From the NCBI GenBank assembly GCA_046331125.1, contig JAXLRL010000005.1, forward strand, positions 64,923-128,922: a stretch of DNA of 64,000 nt, written 5' to 3'. The notes under the pieces are model-generated. The model saw nothing but the letters and a program-made list of their open reading frames with translations, was not told where the DNA came from and did no database searches. A program made the translations under genes and the position numbers. Within the stretch, counting starts at the first letter, position 1. Each line of letters starts with the position of its first letter. Below are positions 57,568-64,000 of the stretch, in pieces. The DNA is from Acidimicrobiia bacterium (lineage in GTDB: Bacteria; Actinomycetota; Acidimicrobiia; IMCC26256; DASPTH01).

Positions 57568-57618
57568 CCTTCATGCGTCAATCAGGTCGACATATCCGGA
57601 CCGATTGACGCATGAAGG
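57568..57618. repeat. 51-bp hairpin element, copy A (perfect 16-bp stem, 19-nt loop)
   Basis: Sequence is ccttcatgcgtcaatc / aggtcgacatatccggacc / gattgacgcatgaagg, and the arms are exact reverse complements. It begins 2 nt after the hydratase stop. Confidence 0.9.
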
Positions 57619-58523
57619 GAGCGGGCGGCGCGGATCATCGCTACGACGTGGTCGCCGCCGCTCTTGATGTCGGCAGCCGTGACGGAGATCACCGACCAGC
57701 CCAGTCCGACCAGGGCATTCCGACGGCGGCTGTCCCTGACGTGCGCCTTGTGGCCGGTGTGGTGCTCGTAACTGTCGTACTCGATCGCGACCTTCTGATC
57801 GGGGTACGCGGCGTCGACACGTGCGACGAACCGGTCTCCCGAACGCACCTCGTACTGGAACCTCGGCATCGGGAGCCGGTGACGGCGGAGCAACTGCTTC
57901 AGCCTGGTCTCCATGACGCTCTCGGTGACCGCCTCCTCCCCTCCATGACGGTCGAGCACCTGCCGGAGGACTCCGGCGCCGGGACGCCCCTTGACGCCGA
58001 GCCGGTCCAACAGCGAGCGCAGTGCGGCGACAGAGGTGAGGTGCCGTCGGAGCGCCGCGTCGAGTGCCAGCTCCACCGACGCGGGTGATGCAGCACCGAG
58101 CGACAACAGCGTCCGCTCCACCGTCATGCACGGAATGGAGTCCCGGACCGTCACATCGAGCGCATCGAGCGAGAGGGTCTCGTGCACCACGAGCGCCGTG
58201 AGCTGTGTCCGCCGCCATCGTCGGCACGTGATCTCGATCGTTCGCTCGGATCCGCCGGGGAGATCCCACAACCGAGCAGCGGACCGGTGCGACGCAACGC
58301 CCGGCCCCGGAGCTGCCAGGCACGCCGCGAGCACATTGCTCCGCCACGTCACGGGTGACCCGGCAACCCGGTAGACGGAGGGATACAACGGCAGAAGGCG
58401 ACGGGTGTTCACCCGATGACGGACGGCCGCCGGGGTCATGCCCGCGGACACGGCCTGCCGCATTGCGACGATCCCGTGCTGACGGGCCGCCAGGCGGGCG
58501 ACTGCTTGGTCGTCGGTTTCCAC
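57582..58523 (-). CDS. AbiEi-like wHTH + DUF559 (Vsr/PD-(D/E)xK-like) endonuclease-domain protein
   Basis: ORF 57582..58523 has the N-terminus VARLAARQHGIVAMRQAVSAGMTPAAVRHRVNTRRLLPLYPSVYRV and the C-terminus RVDAAYPDQKVAIEYDSYEHHTG..RDSRRRNALVGLGWSVISVTAADI, the pattern of the actinobacterial DUF559 family. The last 12 codons lie inside repeat copy A. Confidence 0.8.
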   Translation of the reverse strand: METDDQAVARLAARQHGIVAMRQAVSAGMTPAAVRHRVNTRRLLPLYPSVYRVAGSPVTWRSNVLAACLAAPGPGVASHRSAARLWDLPGGSERTIEITCRRWRRTQLTALVVHETLSLDALDVTVRDSIPCMTVERTLLSLGAASPASVELALDAALRRHLTSVAALRSLLDRLGVKGRPGAGVLRQVLDRHGGEEAVTESVMETRLKQLLRRHRLPMPRFQYEVRSGDRFVARVDAAYPDQKVAIEYDSYEHHTGHKAHVRDSRRRNALVGLGWSVISVTAADIKSGGDHVVAMIRAARSLHASIGPDMST

Positions 58524-58575
58524 CTCTGCAGCAACGATCGCCCCGCCGCGTCGTCACGCACTTCTCACCAACCCC

Positions 58576-58626
58576 CGTTCATGCGTCGATCAAGTCGACA
58601 TATCCGCACCGATTGACGCATGAAGG
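58576..58626. repeat. 51-bp hairpin element, copy B (14/16-bp stem)
   Basis: Sequence is cgttcatgcgtcgatc / aagtcgacatatccgcacc / gattgacgcatgaagg. It is 47/51 identical to copy A in direct orientation and ends 1 nt before the acyl-CoA synthetase stop codon. Confidence 0.9.
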
Positions 58627-58627
58627 G

Positions 58628-60204
58628 TCAGGCGAGGCGGTCCCAGGTGTCGGGGGCGATGCCCTGGGCCCGGAGCTCGTGCTTGCGCACGCGCATCGAC
58701 GCCTCGGTGCGCGGCAGGTCGTCGAGCATCCGCACGTAGCGCGGCACCATGAACTTCGGCATGCGGGAGTCGAGGAACTCCACGAACCCCGCGGGATCGA
58801 ACGCCTCCGGATCGGTGACGATCACCGCGACCAGCACCTCGTCCTCGCCCATCTCCGCGGGCACGCCGATCGCCGCGCACTCGACGACGCCGTCGTACTC
58901 CGACGCCATCGTCTCCACCTCGAACGACGAGATGTTCTCGCCCCGCCGGCGGATCGCGTCACGCATGCGGTCGACGAAGTAGAACCAGCCGTCGTCGTCG
59001 TAGCGGAACGCGTCACCGGTGTGGAACCAGCCGTTGCGCCACGCCTCGACCGTCGCCTCGGGCATCTTGTAGTACCCCATGTTGATCGACCACGGCTCGC
59101 GCGTGCGCACGACCAACTCGCCGATCTCGCCGGGGCCGAGGGGTTCGTCCCACTCGTTCACCACCCGCACCTCGGGCCACGGGTACGCGTCGCGCACGCG
59201 GCCGCAGTTGGCGGGCGGCCCGTGGTCGACGTCGGTCGTGACCGCCATCCCGGACTCCGTCTGCCCGTAGCCGGTGACGACCTGCACGCCGAAGCGACGC
59301 TCGAAGTCGTCCATCTCGGGGATCATCGGGCCCAGCAGGATGTACTCGAGCGGGTTGTCGGCGTCGTCGTCACGCGGCGGCGCGCTGTAGAGCACCGCGG
59401 TCATCGGACCGACGAGGCCGGCGATGCGGATGTCGTGCTCGCGCACGTCGTCCCAGAACGCGGTGGCGCTGAACTTCTCGCGGAACACGAAGCGCGCGCC
59501 CGCCGACATCGCGTAGTTGAACGCACCGCGGCCCGAGTTGTGGAACGTCCCCATCGACACGTAGAGGCCGTCGCCCGGCTGCGCGCCGCCACCCGGCACC
59601 CACGACCAGAACTGGTACATCAGCGCCCACGGCGTGATGACCGCCTTCGAGGGGCCCGTGGTGCCCGAGGTGAACATCAGCGAGTGGATGTCGCGGTACT
59701 CCGGGCCCGGTGAACGACACCGTCTCGGCCGACGCCACCGCCTCGACGTCGGCACCGTCGAGGCTCGGCGCGCGACACCACCCGCGGGCGCAGGCCGCGC
59801 GGCGCCTCGGCCTCGCCCAGCACCACGACGGTGTGCAGGTCGGGCAGGTCGTCGGCGACGTCGACGACCGCGTCGAGGAACTCGAGAGCGACGACCACCA
59901 CGGTGACGTCGGCGTGGGCCAGCAGTAGGCGAGGATCCGGCCGGTGGGCGCGGGGTTGAGCGGCACCTCGACCGCCTGGCCAGCCGAGTCCGGCATCGTG
60001 CGGTGACGTCGGGCCGGTTGGGAGCATCGTCGCGACGTGGTGGCCGCCGTCCCGCCGGGCGCTTCGAACGCCGAGGCCCAGTGGGCGCGTCGGCGTGGAG
60101 CCGGCGTAGGTGATCGGCGTGTCCCGACGGGCTGGAGGGCAACCGTGTCGGTCTCCTCGCGGCGGGCGACGGCGTGGGGGGCCAGGTGCGGGCAGGTCGA
60201 GCAT
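58628..60204 (-). pseudogene. AMP-dependent acyl-CoA synthetase/ligase (FadD-like); C-terminal two thirds intact, N-terminal third frameshifted
   Basis: This is the tail of ORF 58628..61312 (MFTSGTTGPSKAV, TGYGQTE, GWFHTGD, RMPKFMVPRYV). N-terminal blocks lie in ORFs 59370.. and 59677.. (LLAHADVTVVVVALEFLDAVVDVADDLPDLHTVVVLGEAEAP; GDHVATMLP). The start at ~60204 (MLDLPA) is approximate. Confidence 0.8.
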
Positions 60205-60277
60205 GGGAGGTAGTTGTATACGATCTGCAATCCACCCGCGGCACCGTCTCCCCGGCGTCGCCGCCACGACGAGTGCG

Positions 60278-61654
60278 GTGGACCTCGAACACCGACGAGC
60301 AGCAGTCGATCGTCGAGGTGTTCGGCGCCCTGGCCGACCGCTGGGCCCCACCCGCGGGCCTGCCAGGGCTGGGCGGGTTCGACGCCAAGGTCTGGAACAG
60401 CTCGATGACCGTAGGCGCGCCCGTCGCGCTGCTCCCGAGGCCGGCGGCGGAGGCAACCCTCTCCTCGACCTCGCCCTGGCGGTGGAGCGCTCGGCGCCCG
60501 TGACCCGGCTCGGTGGTCGAGCACGCCGTCGCCACCCGGCTCCTGGCCCGCGCCGGCGCCCTCTCCCCGACCTGGTGGAGGGCACCGATCGCCACCCTGG
60601 CGTTGCAGCCCGCGGTCGACGGCGTCGTCCGGCTGGCGCGCCGCAGGCGCGGTCGCCGATGTCGTCCTCGCCCTCGACGACCGTCTCGTGCCGCCGCCGG
60701 CGAGGCTCGAGGAGCGTCGCCACGCCCAACCTCGCCGTACTCCTCGCCGATCGCGACCTCGGCGGCGCGACCGTCCTCGCCGCCGGCGCCAGGCCGTTGC
60801 GCCGACGTGCTGGCGACAGTTGCCTGCGCCTGCTGTCGGGCGGCGCGGTGGCAGCCGGCTACACCAGGCCCGACTCCGGCTCCGACGTCGCCGCAGCGCG
60901 CACCGTGGCCCACTATGACGGCGACGGCTGGCGCATCAACGGCGCCAAGATGTTCACCTCCGTGGCCGAGGAGGCCACCGTGGTGCTGATGCTCCGCGCA
61001 CCGACCCCGACGTCCCCAGCACAAGGGCCTCACCTTCTTCCTCGTGCCGCTCGACACCGAGGGCGTGGAAGTCCAGCCCGTGTACACGTTGTCGAACAGC
61101 GCACCAACGCCACCTTCTACGACGACGTGTACGTGAGCGACGAGTGGCGTCGGCGGGCGAGGTGAACGAAGGGCTGGCAGGTGATGCTGGTCGCGCTGTC
61201 CTACGAACGGGGCGTGGCCGGCGGCGTGCGCGACGCGGAGCGCCTCCTCGTGAACGCCGAGGCGTACGCGCGTGACACCCTCGACGCCGACGGCCGCCCA
61301 CTCGTCGAGCAACCCGTGAAACGAGGCGCTGGCGAAACTCGCGGTCGACGTCGAGGTCGGCCGACCACCTCCTCGCCAGGCTCTGCGTGGGTCTCCGGCT
61401 CAGGGCGGCTCCCCGGCACCGAAGGCGCGCACGTGAAGCTGTTCGCCACCAGGAGCCGTCACCCGCGCCGCCAACGTGTTCATGGACCTCGCCGGGCCCG
61501 AGGAAGCCTGGAGCAGGGGCGACCCGCACGACGACCGCGCTCGCGTGTTCGAGTACTTCTGCCAGTTCTTGCGCCGGTCGCCACGGCGGCACCGGGCGAG
61601 ATCAGCGCCAACCTCGTCGCCCAGCGGCCTCGGCCTCCCCACCGCGGGCGCCAG
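60278..61654 (+). pseudogene. acyl-CoA dehydrogenase family protein (first of a tandem pair), many frame changes; boundaries approximate
   Basis: Fragments are VDLE / TDEQQSIVEVFGALADRWAPPAG..GGFDAKVWN; SGSDVAAARTVAHYDGDGWRINGAKMFTSVAEEATVVLML; NEGWQVMLVALSYERGVAGGV; and GEISANLVAQR near the end. Confidence 0.7.
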
Positions 61655-62832
61655 GTGCGCGACCCGCTCTTCGCTCCGGAGCACGACGAGTTCGGGCGCG
61701 TGCCGCGTTCTGCGCGAGGAGATGGACCCGGCTCGCACCGTCGGCCACCGCAGCCGCGACCTCACCGGCCTCGACGCCGAGTTCGGCGCGCGGTGCTGCG
61801 CCACCTCGCCGGCGCCGCGGGCTTCCTCGGCATCAGCCTCCCCGAGGAGGAGGCTCGGTGGCAGCGGCAATGCCGAGTTGGGACGGTCGTCGTGAGCTAC
61901 GAGTCGGCGTACCACGACGGTCCGCTCATCGACACCGCCGCGCACTTCCTCGGGCCCACCGTGCTCACGTTCGGCACGCCCGAGCAGCTCGACCGCATCA
62001 TCCGGCCCGCCATCGCGGGCGAGATCAACAGGTGCATCGCGCGCCACCGAGGCGCAGGCGGGCAGCGACCTCACCGGTGGCCACCGTCGCGGCGCCCGAC
62101 GGCGACGCGTTCGTCCTCACCGGCGAGAAGGTGCTCGTGACCGGCGCCCACAAGGCCGACTGGTGCTGCACCGTCGCCCGCAGCGACGCCGAATCGACGG
62201 GGCGCAAGGGACTGTCGATGTTCGTGTTCCCGATGGACACCCCGGGCGTGTCGAGCGAACGGGTGCGCACCGCCAACGGCTGGGACCTCGGCACCGTGCG
62301 CTTCGACAGTGCGCGCGTGGGGCCCGAGGCGCTGCTCGGCGAGCGCGACCAGGGCTGGCGCACGCTCACCGGCGCACTCATCGGCGAACGGTCGGGCGTT
62401 GCGTGGCTCGGCTGGGCCACCCGCAACGTCGAGACGTTGCTCGACGCGTGCACGGGCACGCGCGACTCGCTCGTGCGCGACGAACTCGCGGGCGCGGTCG
62501 CCGAGCTCTTCACCGCGAAGTGCGTCGCGCGGCGCGTGCTCGACGCCCAGGACGCCGGGCAGGCGCCGTTCGTGGAGGGCGCGATGAGCAAGGTGAAGGC
62601 CACCGAGCTCCTGCAACGCGTCGCCCGCCTGGGCGCGCGCGTGCTCGGCCCCGACGTGCTCACCGCACCCACGTGGTTCGGGCGCATCGCTCCCGGCCCC
62701 GACCCGCTCGGCGGCTGGTTCGCGTACGAGACGGTCGAACGACTGCACCCCGCACTCAGCGTGGGCGCCAACGAGATCCAGCGGACCACGATCGGGCAGG
62801 TCGGCCTCGGCCTCCCGCTCGAGCCGCGCTGA
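61655..62832 (+). pseudogene. acyl-CoA dehydrogenase family protein (second of the tandem pair), frameshifted in the first third, intact thereafter
   Basis: The GTG at ~61655 opens VRDPLFAPEHDEF. Further blocks are YESAYHDGPLIDTAAHFLGPTVLTFGTPEQLDRIIRPAIAGEIN and, from ORF 61387..62832, DAFVLTGEKVLVTGAHKADWCCTVAR..GANEIQRTTIGQVGLGLP. Confidence 0.75.
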
Positions 62833-62857
62833 GCACGACCCCGGACTGGAGGGCACG

Positions 62858-63913
62858 ATGACGTACCGAGTGGTGGGATGGTCGACGGGGTGGGTGGGAC
62901 GACTGGCGATCCAGTCGATCACCCGCCGTCCCGACATGGAGCTGGTCGGCCTGTGGGTGCACAGCCCCGACAAGGTCGGCGCCGACGCCGGCACGCTCGC
63001 GGGCATCGATCCCGTCGGCGTCACCGCGACGAACGACATGGACGAGCTCCTCGCACTCGCCCCCGACTGCGTCTGCTACTCGGCCTCGGGTGAGGGCCTC
63101 GACGTCGCGGCCGCCGCCGACATCGAGCGCATCCTCGCCGCGGGCATCAACGTGGTCACCGTGTCGATCGCGGGGCTGGTGTTCCCCGCGGGCTACGACC
63201 CGCGCCTCCGCGACCGGCTCGCCGCCGCCGCCGAGCAGGGCGGGTCCACGCTCTACGCCTCGGGCATCGAGCCCGGGTTCGCCGGCGACCAGTTCGTGCT
63301 CACGCTGCTCACGATGAGCGACACCATCACGTCGGTGCGCACACAGGAGATCTTCCTCTACGACACCTACCCGGTGGAGTTCGTGATGCGCGAGGTGTTC
63401 GGCTTCGGCAAGCCGCTCGACCACACGCCCATCATGTCGATGCCGGGCGTGCAGCAGGGCACGTGGGGCCCGCCCGTGCGCATGGTCGCCGACCGCCTCG
63501 GTGTGCAGCTCGACGAGATCCGCGAGACCTACGAGGTGCTGCCCACGCCCCGCGAGCTGCAGGTGGCGGCGGGCACGATCGACGCCGGCACCGTGGGCGC
63601 GGTGCGGTTCGAGACGATCGGCGTGGTCGACGGCCGCGACGCGATCGTGATCGAGCACGTCAACCGGATGGCCCCCGACCTCGCGCCCGACTGGCCCACC
63701 GCGGATCGCGACGGCACCTACCGCATCATCGTGGAGGGCAACCCCAACATGAGTTGCGACCTCCAGGTGGGTCTCGCCGACACGGCCGGCACCGAGGGCA
63801 TGGTCGCGACCACGATGCGCATCGTGAACGCGATCCCCTACGTGTGCGACGCCGCGCCCGGCCTGGTGAGCTCGCTCGACCTGCCGCTCACGACACCGAG
63901 GTTCGCGCTGTAG
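62858..63913 (+). CDS. NAD(P)-binding DapB-N-like oxidoreductase (dihydrodipicolinate-reductase-fold family)
   Basis: Intact 351-aa ORF with MTYRVVGWSTGWVGRLAIQSITRRPDMELVGLWVHS..INVVT... The family call is tentative. Confidence 0.55.
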   Translation: MTYRVVGWSTGWVGRLAIQSITRRPDMELVGLWVHSPDKVGADAGTLAGIDPVGVTATNDMDELLALAPDCVCYSASGEGLDVAAAADIERILAAGINVVTVSIAGLVFPAGYDPRLRDRLAAAAEQGGSTLYASGIEPGFAGDQFVLTLLTMSDTITSVRTQEIFLYDTYPVEFVMREVFGFGKPLDHTPIMSMPGVQQGTWGPPVRMVADRLGVQLDEIRETYEVLPTPRELQVAAGTIDAGTVGAVRFETIGVVDGRDAIVIEHVNRMAPDLAPDWPTADRDGTYRIIVEGNPNMSCDLQVGLADTAGTEGMVATTMRIVNAIPYVCDAAPGLVSSLDLPLTTPRFAL

Positions 63914-63917
63914 GTCT

Positions 63918-64000
63918 CAGGCGCGGTTGGTGCGCTCGCCGCGCGTGCCGAGCAGCGCGCCGTATGCGTCGGTGACCGCCTTCACGAACGCGGGGTCGCG
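63918..64000 (-). CDS. 3' end of an unidentified minus-strand gene (runs out of the window)
   Basis: The reverse strand reads ..RDPAFVKAVTDAYGALLGTRGERTNRA* with good GC3 bias. It is too short to assign. Confidence 0.3.

Larger units (their letters stand above)
57568..58626. mobile_element. candidate hairpin-flanked DUF559 nuclease cassette (hypothetical mobile or selfish element)
   Basis: Two 47/51-identical hairpin copies bracket a single nuclease gene lying between two convergent stop codons. The mobile-element interpretation is inference only. Confidence 0.3.

Noticed and set aside
58590-58880. 96-aa minus-strand ORF ending in LHASIGADMST*. This is the same tail as the DUF559 protein (LHASIGPDMST*), hinting at a second related gene.
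   Set aside because: The shared peptide is simply the translation of the 51-bp hairpin repeat. The rest of the ORF is an out-of-frame overlap of the acyl-CoA synthetase 3' end.

Overview
This is a 64-kb window of very high-GC DNA (roughly 70%, strong GC3 bias). Its gene content looks like Actinomycetota: DUF3097, an MmyB-like regulator, a GT87/Ppm1 pair, LLM/F420-type oxidoreductases and many FadE/EchA/SDR paralogues.

The left ~12 kb holds the distal part of a flagellar operon in Bacillus-like order: motB (partial), fliL, fliM, fliN/Y, fliO, fliP, fliQ, fliR, flhB, flhA and an flhF-like gene. It is followed by a small chemotaxis locus (cheY, a clear cheX and an unassigned ExxN protein). Two tandem methyl-accepting chemotaxis proteins lie at 16.5-20.3 kb.

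The remaining ~44 kb is a lipid/xenobiotic catabolic neighbourhood:
- 2 cytochrome P450s, 5 enoyl-CoA hydratases plus menB, 3 acyl-CoA dehydrogenases and an acyl-CoA synthetase
- several SDRs, amidohydrolases and LLM oxidoreductases
- a translationally coupled hyuB-hyuA-cupin-LLM module with an adjacent amidohydrolase gene
- an ECF sigma/anti-sigma pair with a recognisable GGAAC-N16-CGTT promoter
- ilvA coupled to a NYN/LOTUS protein, and a Ppm1 + GT87 glycosylation pair

I found no rRNA, tRNA, CRISPR array, transposase or integrase.

Signals not explained by ordinary genes:
1. A DUF559/AbiEi-type nuclease gene is bracketed by two copies of a 51-bp hairpin, sitting exactly between two convergent stop codons. 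This is my best candidate for something undescribed.
2. A 40-nt poly(T) run lies inside an enoyl-CoA hydratase gene.
3. Dozens of apparent frameshifts are clustered in patches: the flagellar export genes, 10.5-15.5 kb, 39.5-41.7 kb and 59.7-62.1 kb. They indicate either local assembly error or gene decay.

Coordinates that I counted by hand rather than took from the ORF track may be off by 1-2 nt. All family calls come from reading motifs by eye; no database search was run.
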